Numbered from the stretch's first letter, positions 38,350 to 51,961 are shown. The stretch: DNA of 64,000 nucleotides from Azolla caroliniana (GCA_043228905.1 JBHGNT010000013.1:15934001-15998000), one strand, 5' to 3'. Program-made: numbers and translations. The notes: generated by a model not told the origin, from the sequence alone.

Positions 38350-40010
38350 TACCACAGCTGGAAGTTGTGGGTTTCACTACTGAAGACGAAGGATCGGGTA
38401 CTATCCGTCTTCAAGGAATTCCACACAAGAGTGGAAAGGGAAATCGGCCTCAAGGTTGAAGGCAGTTCGAGCGGACAACGAAGGAGAAAATTGAGGGCAG
38501 TTCGAGGAGTGTTGCCGGTCGAAGGGAATTTGGTTCGAATTCACTGTGCTGAAGACACTAGAGCTGAACAGATTTGCCGAATGGATGAACAGACCGTAAT
38601 GGAGAGAATCCGGAGTATGCTGGCACATGCCAAATTATTGAAGACGTTTTGGCCCGAGGCATTGATGACAACGACCTATGTGATAAACAAATCACCCTTA
38701 GTGCCCTTGGACGGAGACACACTACAAAGAGTATGGACCGGTAAAGATGTGTCTTACCGGCATCTAAAGGTTTTTAGTTGTCTCACCTATGTGCATGTAG
38801 AAAAGGACAGGAGAGCAAAGTTAGATCCAAAGTCCCGACAATGCATATTCCTCAGATATGGTGATGATGAGTTCAACTATCGAGTGTGGGATTTGGTCAA
38901 CAAGAAGGTCTTCTGGAGTCGAGTCATATTCTTCATGGAAGACAAGACTATTGTCAACTGGGAGTCAGAAAAGAAGATAGCGAACTCTAGATCGATCGAC
39001 AGGACCCATCCGCCCAAAAGCCTGATGGCACTCGAAGGACCAGCCGGAGTTGGACAAGAGACCGAACTGACCGAACAAGAAGATCTGGACACCGGAACCG
39101 GACAAGATTCCGAATCGGAGTCAGATGAAGAACAAACGGAGAAACCGATGATCAAGAACCAAGGACAGAGATATCCTCTAAGAGAGAGAAGGGTCCCCCA
39201 GAGATTTTCGGATACAGAGCATGTGTTGCTGACCAACGAGGGGGAGCCAAAAATCTTCGAAGAAGCAAAGAAAGACACCTAGAGCCGCAAGTGGTTAAGT
39301 GTCATGCAAGATGAGATGGATTCCCTGCATGAGAACCACACATATGAATTGACTGAGTTGCCGAAAGGAAAGAGAGCGCTCCAGAACAAGTGGGTGTACA
39401 AGTTGAAACCGAGAGACGCCAGAAATCCACTGAGATGCAAAGCCCGGATCGTGGTGAAGGGCTTCCAGCAAAAGAAAGGGGTGGACTTCAATGAGATATT
39501 TCCCCTATAATAAAGATGAAATCCATCCAGACGGTGTTGAGTATAGCCGCAAGCATGGACCTCGAGGTAGAGCAACTAGACTTCAAGACGGCATTCCTAC
39601 ATGGTGACCTCGAAGAAGAGATCTACATGCAACAACCGGAGGGATTCATCAAGAAAGGGAAGGAGGAGAAACTAGAGCAAAGGACCGGAAGAGCCTCAAG
39701 TTGAGCTTGAGGGGGAGTGTTGAGATACAAGCTCAACATTGGCTGGATCGGTGCGTAAACCGGTAGGCAACAAGAGGCCAGATCGGTGTGGAAACCGGGA
39801 GGCCATTGAACAGATATTCCGCGAGGGAATATATTTGGGAGTTAGTGTAGGAGCTCAGTTATGAGCATTGAAGTACGTGTCAGTACTTCTGTCAGTTTGT
39901 ATGGACTTGTATAAAAGTGCTCTCTGAGCACATCCTATGTACAGAGGTTTACACATTATTTTGAATTTAGTTTTTTCTGTGTGTTTATTCCCTCTCTATC
40001 TCTCCCGCGT
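38350..40010 (+). mobile_element. Copia integrase-RT fragment joined by an internal deletion to a PPT and 3' LTR (from 39718)
   Basis: LWVS..KTKDRVL, AKLDPKSRQCIFL, NKWVYKLK..KARIVVKGF, LDFKTAFLHGDLEEEIYMQQPEGF, then abruptly tgaggggggag (PPT) and tgttgaga. Confidence 0.8.
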
Positions 40011-40865
40011 TGTCGTGAAGATTCCAGGCCATCAGTAAAAACAATCTGAAATGCACGGGAGCACTGGTGTGCACGAGTGCACACCCCTAGTGAATTAGAT
40101 AGTGTAAGTATTAGGCATAGGAAAAAGGAGGTGTACTAGGTAGTTAAAGCATTAATAGGGATTCAGACATTGCGTAAGTAGGGAGAGTTACGAGGAGAGC
40201 GAATCAGGGGGGAGAATTTAGGAAGTTAAAGCAACAAGGCCATGAATGCTCTATAACGGTCACTCCTTGTGCTATAAAAGGGGCGACCCTCGACTGTTTT
40301 GGGGGATGTCATTTTTTTTTGAGAGAGGAGAAAGGGAACAAAGACCAAAGAAGACGAGGAGTCCTATGACGTGCCACCGGAAGGCGCTTCCCTTGCTCGC
40401 ATCAAACGCCCGAGTGCTCCCAACCAGGGGATCGACCTTCTGTGTGCCCACTCATCTTCGTGTCTAACTACTGTAGAGCCTACGCTCGATCACCGGCACT
40501 ACTCCAGTTGTAATCACCCACAGCGCTACGCGCATATATTGATTGATAGAAACTTATCTACCGAATGCAAGTCGTTCTTAGCATCTCTGTCTATGCTTGT
40601 GTCTACACGCGAACCTCTTACACCATCTCTCTCATTTCGCTAACCTTCTCTGTTTAAACCGCAGTCTCAGGGCTCGCGTAAACCGCAGACTCTTCCTCCT
40701 CATTTCTTGGTTCCTTGGTTCAAGACCCCCGCGGTCCTACCCAACTTCTACGCATCCACGAGGATATCCTCGACATCGTACATTGTGTCTTAAGCTCTCC
40801 ATTAAACCTATTTTTTCTCTATTAGTATTCTATGTTTCGTATAGCTTCCGCACATTACATTTCAC

Positions 40866-42720
40866 ATTGATGTCGTCAACTACACATCTCCTATGCCAAT
40901 AATTCGGCATGCACCTTCATTTCCCATCCGGATAGAATCGTGATCTCTGGCTCTATAAGCTGAGAAGCACTTCCGGTCAGGGGATAGGTGAAACAACGCT
41001 CCGAAGTCGACCACCCATGTCGTCTCGTCGCTGACAAGATGCAGCTCACTCTCCTCGGTGATCAACAACAGTTCTTCCTCACTTGTCGGAATTGCCGACG
41101 TTCCTCTTCTTTCGGAAATCTTATTCGGTTCCGGAGGTTCAATCGAACCTCCGGAATGTGTCGGACATCCTTCAACAACAACTTGCACCCGGTTGATGTC
41201 GTCAACCACACATCTCCTATGCCGATAATTTGGCATGCACCTTCATTTCCCATCCGGACAAAATCTCAATCTCTAGCTCTATAAGCTTAGAAGCCCTTCC
41301 AGTTGGGGGACAGGTGAAACGACGCTCCGGAGTCGACCACCCATGTCATTTCGTCGCTGACAAGATGCAGCTCACTCTCCTTGGTGATCAACAATAGTTC
41401 TTCCTCGCTTGTCACAATTGCCGACATTCCTCTTCTTTCTGAAATCTTATTCGATTCCGAAGGTTCAATCGAACCTCCGGAATGTGTCGGACATCCTTCA
41501 ACAGCAACTTGCACCCGGTTGATGTCGTCAACCACACATCTCCTATGCCGATAATTTGGCATGCACCTTCATTTCCCATTCGGACAAAATCTCGATCTCC
41601 AGCTCTATAAGCTTAGAAGCCATTCCAGTTGGGGGACAGGTGAAACGACGCTCCGGAGTCGACCACCCATGTCATTTCGTTGCTGACAAGATGCAACTCA
41701 CTCTCCTCGGTGATCAGCAACAGTTCTTCCTCACTTGTCGCAATTGCCAACGTTCCTCTTCTTTCTGAAATCTTATTTGGTTCCGGAGGTTCAATTGAAC
41801 CTCCGGAATGTGTTGGACATCCTTCAACAGCAACTTGCACCCGGTTGATGTCGTCAACCACACATCTCCTATGTCGATAATTTGGCATGCACCTTCATTT
41901 CCCATCCGGACAAAATCTCGATCTCCAGCTCTATAAGCTTAGAAGCCCTTCCAGTTGGGGGACATGTGAAACGACGCTCCGGAGTCGACCACCCATGTCA
42001 TTTCGTAGCTGACAAGATGCAACTCACTCTCCTCGGTGATCAGCAACAATTATTCCTCACTTGTTGCAATTGCCGATGTTCCTCTTCTTTTTGAAATCTT
42101 ATTCGATTCCGGAGGTTCAATCGAACCTCCGGAATGTGTCGGACATCCTTCAACAGCAACTTGCACCCGGTTGATGTCGTCAACCACACATCTCCTATGC
42201 CGATAATTTGGCATGCACCTTCATTTCCCATCCGGACAAAATCTCAATCTCTAGCTCTATAAGCTTAGAAGCCCTTCCAGTTGGGGGACAGGTGAAACGA
42301 CGCTCCGGAGTCGACCACCCATGTCATTTCATTGCTGACAAGATGCAACTCACTCTCCTCGGTGATCAGCAACAATTATTCCTCACTTGTCGCAATTGCC
42401 GATGTTCCTCTTCTTTCTGAAATCTTATTCGATTCCGGAGGTTCAATCGAACCTCCGGAATGTGTCGGACATCCTTCAACAGCAACTTGCACCCGGTTGA
42501 TGTCGTCAACCACACATCTCCTATGCCGATAATTTGGCATGCACCTTCATTTCCCATCCGGACAAAATCTCGATCTCCAGCTCTATAAGCTTAGAAGCCA
42601 TTCCAGTTGGGGGACAGGTGAAACGACGCTCCGGAGTCGACCACCCATGTCATTTCGTTGCTGACAAGATGCAACTCACTCTCCTCGGTGATCAGCAACA
42701 GTTCTTCCTCACTTGTCGCA
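40866..42720. repeat. 326-bp tandem array, ~5.7 copies
   Basis: ttgatgtcgtcaaccacacatctcctatg recurs at ~40867, 41193, 41519, 41845, 42171 and 42497. Confidence 0.95.
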
Positions 42721-44106
42721 ACAGTTCTTCCTCTTCTTTCCGAAATCTTCTTTGGTTCTGGACCATCAGTTCCCACTTTGCCTTTCCAAAAGTGTCTGCG
42801 GTTCTTCTAGAAGTGCCCCGGCTTTCCACAATAAAAGCAAGTGGGCCTCCCCGTTGACTTCAACCTCGTCCCCGATTTGGCTCGGTTCTGGGGACTCCAA
42901 TGTCAGCCTCTTCCCCGGTTATGATCGTCTTCCGTAACCAAGGCCTCAAATCAGTTCCGGATTCTCGGTCCTTCCGGCGAGCTTCTTCATCCAACAAGCT
43001 TGATTTTAATCTCGCTAGGGACAATTGTTTTCCTTCCGACCCGGCGTTGCCCAAAGTGACAACTAGCGTCTCCCAACTATCCGGGAGGGAACCGAGCTGG
43101 AGCAACGCAAGTACCTCGTCATCCAGATGTACTTCCAACGAGGTTGTTTGATTTATGAGCCCCTGGAAAGCATTCATGTGCTTCGGCCATGCTGGATATG
43201 TCTTGGTATCGAAGTCTCACTAACTTCAGGAATACCAAAACCCAACTTACAGTGTTCTTGCTCTCCATCATAGTGTCAATTTTCTCCCAGAGCTCATTTG
43301 CCTTGTTCTCTTCGTTGAAGTTATTGTACATGCTCATGTCGATGAAGCATCTTATGTATGTCGTCGTCTTCATATGCACCACCTCCCAAATCGTGACATC
43401 GATCTTGTCTGGTCTTTTGTCCCTGAACTGTATCGGCAGCCAGATATCTTTAACCACTAGCATGTCCCTCATCTTCGACTTCCACACTGGGTAGTTGGAG
43501 TCGGTGAGCTTGAACATGTTGCCGAATTATTCTTCCATTTTTCTTTGTTTGTTTGAAGTTTGCAACTTCTCTCTAATACCAGTTTGTGCGGAATAGCGCT
43601 TGGTCACAACCGAGTCTTAAATTCAATGGACGAGCAAAGTAGAAAAGGAGATTAATACACTTACATAGACAACAGAGAGGACACTGGATCTTTACGTGGA
43701 AACCCCTAATAGGGAAAAACCACGGAGTCCACAAACTCCAACTATCTCTATGAGAGGAAAGATACAATCGGAGACTCAGAGGCAATGAATTACCTTGAGC
43801 TCTATGTCTTCGCCAATCGGCGGTTACAATAGAAGATACTTTCTGTTTCTCTCTCGCTCTCTCTGTCTCTCTCTCTCTATACAATAATAATGACAACGAC
43901 TCATTACAAAGGGATTTCCCTAAGTCATATTTATACTTATATGAATTTAGGACCATTTACAAATGTGGCCATGACAGGCACACTAGAGACATATTTACAG
44001 ATATGTCCCTAGATCCGGTTCACACCGGATTCGTCCGGTTTGGTTCCTTCCTTCGGCTTGTCCGGATCTCATCCGGATCCCATCCAGAGGGACCTGTTTC
44101 CCAACA
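40866..44106 (-). mobile_element. Truncated copia (5' LTR 43585-44106, PBS 43571-43581, gag, PR) with a tandemly amplified protease segment
   Basis: MFKLTDSNYPVWKSKMRDML, LGSLPDSWETLVV, CFYCGKPGHF, WVVDSGASFHL. The LTR ends cccaaca at 44106. Confidence 0.85.
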
Positions 44107-46900
44107 GTTCTTATGACCATTCCTTCTTAATTGCATGTGTGTGCCCGAGCGAGTGAGTCGTGAGTTTAAATGTGCGTCGTTCAATGCCACTCCAGAACCG
44201 GTAAAGTGTACCACGCTTGTGCGCTACCCATAAGGCGTCCGGAAACAGGTCCAGATCGGATACTTGTCTGGACCGCACTCCAACAAACTTATCCGAACAC
44301 CGATTCAGATAGCCATTCTTCTATCACCGGCTCCTTGGTCTGAAACCCCGGTGGTTCTGCCCTATTTCAACACTTCCACGCAGAAATCAACGGCATCTTT
44401 TGTGAACCTGACATGAAAGGGGCGGCAGAAGAGTCTGAAGATGCCGGGGAGCGAACTAGCGGAGCCGATGGTGGTGGCCGTCGACCGCCTGGTGAACACT
44501 CGAGAGGGCACGAGTGCCCTCAACAGATCCATTGACTCAATAGTCATCGTGATGGGCCGATTCAATGGCAAAGACGCAACGAGCTACCTGGAGGCCTATA
44601 GGGCCAAAATGATGATAAGGGATATTCTTGAGGACAAACAATTGGCCGGATTCCCTTGGATCATTACATCGAGCATCCACGTTGAATTGCTCGAACTCCA
44701 AGCAGACCGTCGTAACTAAAGAAATTTCGAGGGACAACTTCTCGAAAGGTACGGCTTCGATGACTCGCTCCGGTTGTCGAAGAAAGAGTTTATGGATTGG
44801 GTCGAGAGCCTCGGCAAAGCCCGGAATACCTCGGCGCTTCTTCAGGAGTTTGAGAAGTGATTCACGCGACTCGAGACACTAGACCGGACCGTGCTCGATA
44901 CGAGCAAGGTCTTGTTGTTTGTGAAGCCCGTCGACTTGCTCTTGGAGACGAATGAAGGGCTCACCGCTGACTAGGTCGTGGTTAAAAGAGTTTGCAGCCA
45001 TTTCGACAAACGACGTGAATGGAACGACATCAGAATGTCGTTAGCCAGCCTGACTATCAGGAGGAGAGCCGAAGAGATTCAGGCCCGGTCAAAAGAAACG
45101 AGAAGGTGGCTTGAGTTGGGGCCGGTACCAACCAAAGTAGTTGAAGGACCGTCTGGGGGCGCAACTTTGGAGGAGCTGATGATGATGGTGCACAATCTCC
45201 AGATCGCGCAAGCCCTGAGAGATGGTGGGGGACAGTCGCAAGACCGAAGGCTTCTGAATGACTAACGATGCATGTGGTGCGATGTCATTGGCCACATCCG
45301 GAGAGAGTGCACCAATTTCGCTAAAGCACTCAAGAACAATGTTGTGTACCTTTGGAACGAACGGGTACACGCGTGCAACACACGAAGGCCCCTCGGGGTG
45401 AACATCAGACGAGGCGGCATGAAGAGGATAATGGAGGAAGTCGCGGCCCAGAACGTCGAGGCCATTCACTACTCGGTGTCGGCAGGGATCCGGGTAGGTG
45501 GAGAGAAGGGCATCGGATCTGGAAGCAATGTCGGGTTTTGGCCACTCATACTAGAAGGCCTGTAGGGGGTGAAGCTATGGAAGGAAGAGGCAAACCGCGT
45601 AGAGAGGTGGGTTAAGGAGGGCACCGGATGGAACGATCAGGTTGAAGAGAAAACTGGCTTCGTAGAAGCCGCGCGTCAAAACTACGAAGTTCTGGTTGAA
45701 GAAAAGCAAGCTAGTTCCTCGAACCGGTATGAGACCCGGAGTGGGCCGAAGAAGAATGACGGAGGCCCAGCCGGCTCACAGGAGAAGACGAAGTTGCCGA
45801 GCTTCCGGTTGAGCTCGGAGATAGAGAAAACGATAGATAGTCGAGTGGAACTCACGTTGCAGGAAGTGCTTGGGATAGCAAAGGAGTTCCACGGCAGCAT
45901 CATCAATTTAGTGAAGAGGAAGAGGTTGTCAACGGAGCCGGACGCGGAAAGACCTATCAAGGTGAGGACAACGTTGATCGATGAAGTGGCGGTAGAAGAG
46001 GAATACGCCGAAAGCCACTACATGAAACTGCATTAGGCAAGTGCTGCGACGAAGAAACTGGTTTGGATCAGTGATGTGCAGGGACCAGTGGTAGCATTGA
46101 TCGACCATGGATCAGAAATAAACTTGATGTCCATGGATTTTTACAAGAAGGGCATGTGATCGATCAATACGAAGCACGGGTGGAAGATATGCACGACGAC
46201 TTGCGCCACGAAAGAGCTACACAAAGCATGCTTGAATGTCCGGGTGAAGGTCAGTGACGTCGAGAGGGGGACGCACATCTACCATGCCAACCATAGGCAT
46301 ATATATATAGATGAATATCCTTTTTAACGTCCAAAGGAGACTGATGGCATTCTATGAGATGGGAATTAGCCCATTTTGGTTTCCTTCCAGTTTATGACTT
46401 TTGATGCTACAATGTGAACCAAGGAGAGCCAAGATCCAACCTAAAACGCGACATAAGGTGACCGTCGCAAGCTTGGGAGGACATGTGAGAGCACCGACAA
46501 GAGGGAGATATGTTTTTAACATCCAAGGGAGACTAATGGCGATCTATGAGATGGGGATTACCATCAAGTTGAGGACTCCTTATAGTACGGTGTGAATTGG
46601 GGGGAGCCAAGAGCCCAATCTAAAACGCGACATGAAGTGACCATCTCAAGCCTCGAAGGGTCTTTGAGAGCAGCGGCTGGTGGTAGGTCTTACATGAAGG
46701 GATTCGAAAGGCTATCCGTGAGTGAAATACTCGAATATAAAGCATTACAGAGACGTTAGAGTGAACAATGTACTAGAATGAAGCATTATTGAGAGATTAG
46801 AGTCGATACAGAAACGTGTCCGGGATTTGCCAGGAATCACGAGGGAGCGGGCGGGGGGGTACCACTGCTGATGTGGCAGAGCTATCACTAATCCATGGAC

Positions 46901-46909
46901 GCCACGTGG
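46901..46909 (+). promoter_or_regulatory. G-box (GCCACGTGG) ~140 bp upstream of the EXECUTER start codon
   Basis: Motif match only. Confidence 0.35.
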
Positions 46910-47047
46910 AGGAGGATCCATGTCATCGTCGCTCGTGGATGAGGGGGAGAAATATCATTACACAATGATTTTGCCTTCATCCTCCCTCTTTTTCTCTTCT
47001 GCCTCGATCGTTCAGACAGAGCACAGACGAAGGCCTCCCAAGAAACC

Positions 47048-50000
47048 ATGGCCGTGCCAGGTAATTTCTCCTCTACTTCTTCTTCTTCCTCATGTCAACC
47101 TTATAATTTCCTCACAGAAGCTTCCATCGCCTCTCACCTTCCTCCCCCTCGTCATCATCAACAGACGAGCCCTCAGTACAGTAAGCTGCGCCTGAGGTCA
47201 GAGATTCAGGCTAATTGTTTGACTCGCCATTCCTTGACCTTTCGTAATTTTAGAAGTGCCAGGAAGATCTCAGGTACGGTTAAAACAGCTAGCTTTTCTT
47301 GCTGTGCTTCTGGTGATGGGCATGGTTCTTCGAGCCATGAGTCTTCTTCTTCTTCATCTTCTTCTTCTTCGTCATCATCATCGTCTTCTTCTTCTTCTTC
47401 TTCTGATCAAGGAGCATCTCCGGCGAAAGATGAGAGTCCATGGGACTTACAGTCTCTCCAAACACGAATCGAGGATATGTTTAGTAATGCTACTAAGAGA
47501 TTACAAGGTTATCTTGATAACTACAAAGGGGATGTTACCAATGTCTCTGAGGTTGAAGAAGAACCAGAAGCAAAAGAATCAGAGGAACCTAATATTGTGC
47601 AGCAGGAGGATGAATGGAATTGGGAGCGATGGCAAACGCATTTCATCCACATGGAAGAACAAGAGAAGATTGTGTCAACTCTCAAGGTATGCTGCTCATA
47701 CCTTCATTATTCTCAAAGAAAGCTCAAGAAACCTAAAAAGTAAAATTAAAATCAAAGCTGAAAGAAAAGTTAAAGAGAAGCTAGAGAAAAAGTTTCTTTC
47801 ATGTGAAGCTATACATTTTTGTCTGTTTTCTGCATAACCTGCTTATCACGGAAAAGAAATTTCTTTGCAGTTTGAATTAGAAAACGCAATTCACAAAGAG
47901 GATTTCAAAGAGGCCACAAGACTAAAAATGGCACTGAATGAGGCAGCTATGACGGACTCTGTTGCTGAAGTTCTTTGCTCATTAAAGGTATAGTTTTTCT
48001 GCACGTTTTTCAAGATGATTTTCATTGTTTTTTTCTGTTCATCCATGAGCAACACTTTTATACATGAATCTGGCAGGAAGCTCTTGAGAACGAAAGTTAT
48101 GAAGAAGCGAGACAACTAAGGGATGAAGCTGCTGCTGGGTTGGTAATAATCTGATAAACATTACTTTGCAAACGCTTGTTAAGATTTTAACAATGAAATT
48201 CAAACGTGAAAAAGGAAATTTGGATACATAAGCTAAATTTCCATGCAGGTAGGTTGGTGGGTTGGATTAGCAGAAGGCGAAAGTGATCCTTACGGCAGAA
48301 TTATTAACATTAGCCCATCATATGGAAAGTTCATAGCTAAAGGATACACAGCAAGGCAGGAGCTAGTAAATCATCGTTTACTTCTTGTGACCTTTTCTCT
48401 TATTTTGGTTGACCAATGGATATTGATATTGGTTTTGTTATCAGACAACTGGCTAATTCAGCTTCAGGCATTCCATTGTTTGAAATATTTCTACGCAAAG
48501 ATTCTGATGGGTATCATCAACAGGTTAATAATCTTGCAATCTATAATGATGTCCTGATTTGACCTGTAAAACTAATTTAATTTCTGAGTTATGGTTTGTT
48601 GTGACTAATGTTACAGACAGTATACTTGCAACCTATATTACCCAGGGATCTTACAACACCCAGATCAATTGATGGGAACATTGATGGGAATTCCAGCATT
48701 TTGGATATGAACATCTTGACTGGTGATGGAAAAGAAATAAAGGAGAAGGACTTGACAGAATCTCCTGTAGATGATGAAAACAAAAACAGGAAACCAATTG
48801 TTCCAGATGATGGACTAAATAACATTATAAACTTTCTCAAAGACCGCATACCTGATGTGAAACTCAAGGTTTTTAATGTGAGCAATCAAAATGGGGAGGA
48901 TATCCCCAAGATTGTTGAGAAAATTTTGGAGGAAGTTGAAATAGAGGACAACGAAGGTGCAAATAACCAAGTGGACTCTTCAGAGGATCCTGAAGATTTA
49001 ATGCAAGAGAAAATAGATCAAGCCAGCAATGATAGTGAATTGATGGGAGTAGTACAAAGAGAGATTCCTGTTAGATTGATAGTTGGTGGACTGCTGCAAA
49101 ATGTTGCAGAAGAAAAACTACCCAAGCCTCCTACAAGGGTTCCAGCAAGAATTGAAACTCAAAGTCGAGATTCCTTTCTACTACACATTGAAGAAACTGC
49201 AGCCCAGCTGCAGAGTAGAGAATCATTGTTAAAAGTTTCAGCCATTATGACAAAATCATCATCAGAACTTCCACCAGAGGTTTTGAAAGCTGTTTCAAGT
49301 CTTGAAAAACTTCCTGTTAAGGTATATCTTTCTAGCCCCTTCTCAAGCTCTGAAATATTTTGGACTCTTTGTGGTTTCTAACTGTACCAGAAGATTTATT
49401 GTTTCTGTAGCTTATTTTTTAATGGAACATTTTGTATGCGGTAGCACAAATTTGTAGAGCCAAATTATTTCAAATTCAATCTCATGATATTTCATGATCC
49501 AAGATTGAGGCTATTCTTTGTATTAAGTTATAATGTTCTTTTTCTCTTGTTTTATTAGCATCATTGAGTAGTAGATGATGGTCCATTATTGTTACATGGA
49601 AGGACTTTTTCTTTCTCAGTGCAAGATATATGAAACGAGGAAAAGAAAAGTTTCAGTTATCATCATTAGGAAGTAGAAACTAAGGCGACTGGGAAGAAAA
49701 TGGATTTCATTGAGAGATGCTGCCAGTGTGTTCAGAATGATTAGCGTCATCCCTGGGTCAGAGACATGGATAAAAACAGTGTAGCATGCAAAGTCTTTGA
49801 GGGTAACCAAGTCTAGGGAAGAACATGGTACTGACCCAGAAATTTGGCGTGTGCCACATGTTCCACCACTCCCATTTTATTACTCCACGCTCATGTATCT
49901 CACACAGTGATAGAACACCAGAGTATATATGGACATGTATATAGGACATGCCTGATAGATATCTCCTGTGTGCACAAACCCACAAGACACACAAACATAT

Positions 50001-51961
50001 GATGTGGCAGACCATGCATGAACATGCATAGGAGATACTACATATATAATTAGGTAGTTCATAGCACACTTCGTTCTCCCTTATAACATTGGAACCTGAG
50101 ATTTAAACATGGTAGACTTTGACTTAATGTTCCCCTTTTGTTTTTGCAAACCAAGCACACGAGGAATGGGAAGTTATTGCTCACCCAAAGTTTAACCTGT
50201 GTTTGTTATTTCTTCATTTTGAGAATCGCATTCTCTTGGTTAACTCCATGCAAGTGACTGATACTAGATGCCACACCAACATTTTTGTCCTAACAATTCA
50301 CATGCAGTGAAGGATATCTTGTGAATTTTGAGGTTGATAGCCTTGACTATGAATGGGCAGTTCATTCCTCTAACATTGATTGCTTTTAAGGCATCAGACT
50401 TTGTTAGTTGATTTAAAACCTATAGGCAATGATTTTTTTTTAATACTGCACATTCACATTATTGATGAAGTATATGGAAATATATCAAGTCTCGTTGAAG
50501 CCAACAAACTCCAATGCCTTAAAACCAATCAATGCAAAATCTGGTGCTATGGATGCTCACTCGCTCCCCTCCTTTTATGTGTAGTCATGCATGCATGCAG
50601 AACGTGACTGGAAATTTTCACATTCCTGTCCTTGGTGTCTATTTATGGTATTAACATAAATTTCTATATAGATCTCAAAGGATATGGGCGAGCTTCTCAA
50701 ATTGGCTGTTAGTCAAGTACAAAAACGTCATGGTCTGTCAAAATCTACCTCTTTTCAGCGAATCAACTTTCTAGATTCTGATACAGAGCCCTTCACAGGT
50801 AATCATACGTTATAGAGTAATCTATACAATAATTGATTTGGGTTTTTATTAACTAAACACTGCTATTTCTATCCTCCTATTCAAAGGTGAAAGCAAAATG
50901 TTTTGATTAAGGTATAAATATTGACATGTACTTTTTTAGGATATAAATATTGACATGTAGTTGTAGTGAAATAGATATAGATATCTTCCTAGGTCCGTTG
51001 CCAGTTGTGTGCATTATGAGATTTACTGTACAAAACTTCTTTGTCTTTCAGCTTTTACTGTAGAACTGTTCTTTTGACAATGAGTTGTCTTGTAAACTGA
51101 CGAGCACTTTGGTGTGTGACTATGGGTGTCATTGCATGTTGTTTTTACTCTAAACAATGTATTGTCTAAAAAGAAAAAAAAAGGGAGATGTGTAATTTGC
51201 AGGATTATATGTTGGCTCTTTTGGACCTTTCACGTCTGAGCTTGTTCAGCTAAGAAGAAAATATGGCCATTGGCATAAAGAGTCAAACATAAGCAATATT
51301 ACAGACAAGCTTGAGTTTTTTGAGTACGTTGAAGCCATAAAGCTTACTGGAGATTTAAATGTTCCGGCTGGTCAAGTATGAATGTTTTGGTTACAGTTAT
51401 AGTTCCTCCATGTTTTGGATTGTTCCTCGATTTGAAACTCAAGTGATTTCTTTCCAGGTTACCTTCAGAGCCAAGATAGGGAAAGGAAGTAGGTTAGCAC
51501 ATCGGGGTATCTATCCAGAGGAGCTTGGTGTGGTAAAGACTGGTGCCCTTAATGCTTCCACAGTTTTCCTAATTGGAAATTTACATAGGCAGATGTAGTA
51601 GACAAATAATGTCATCCATGTGCATAGTGTTACTTGTTTACTCATGGAAACCTAAATTTGAGAACATAATGCTGCACCTGTGTGGCATTTTTAGATTGCA
51701 AGGTATAAAGGTCAAGGCATGTTGGCAGAACCTGGGTTCAAGAATCCTCAATGGGTTGATGGAGATCTTCTACTGCTTGATGGGAAGGTACTAGTTTTCA
51801 TATCTTGTTGACAAGAGATTGGTTTAACACTGAAAGGAGGTCTGTTGAGTTTACAGGGCTTTGGACATTTAAATGGAGCAGAGTTGGGTTTTGTATATTC
51901 AGTCCCAGAGAGACATTTTCTTGTCCTCTTCAATCGACTCAAGCTGCAGGCTAAGCAGTAA
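47048..51961 (+). CDS. EX1: EXECUTER-family chloroplast protein (UVR repeats + DUF3506), 11 exons
   Basis: Exons 47048-47686, 47871-47987, 48077-48142, 48249-48355, 48445-48523, 48617-49321, 50672-50798, 51203-51375, 51458-51532, 51695-51787 and 51857-51961 keep frame. Ser-rich transit peptide, [70 protein letters not shown]1 versus EX2 orthology is unresolved. Confidence 0.9.

Larger units (their letters stand above)
40011..46265 (+). mobile_element. Second, more degenerate tRNA-Trp-lineage gypsy (LTR 40011-44395 split by a copia; gag-PR 44441-46265, truncated)
   Basis: The LTR starts tgtcgtgaag after gcgt. Degenerate PBS ttgtgaacctgacatgaa 44400-44417 (15/18 to the Trp PBS). Gag is homologous to 27461-29635 (GRFNGKDATSY, RCMWCD, DSRVELTLQEVLGIAKEFH, ALIDHGSEINLMS). 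Confidence 0.8.

Noticed and set aside
46325-46680. ~190-bp diverged duplication upstream of EXECUTER as a distinct element
   Set aside because: The duplication is real, but no termini or TSD could be defined.
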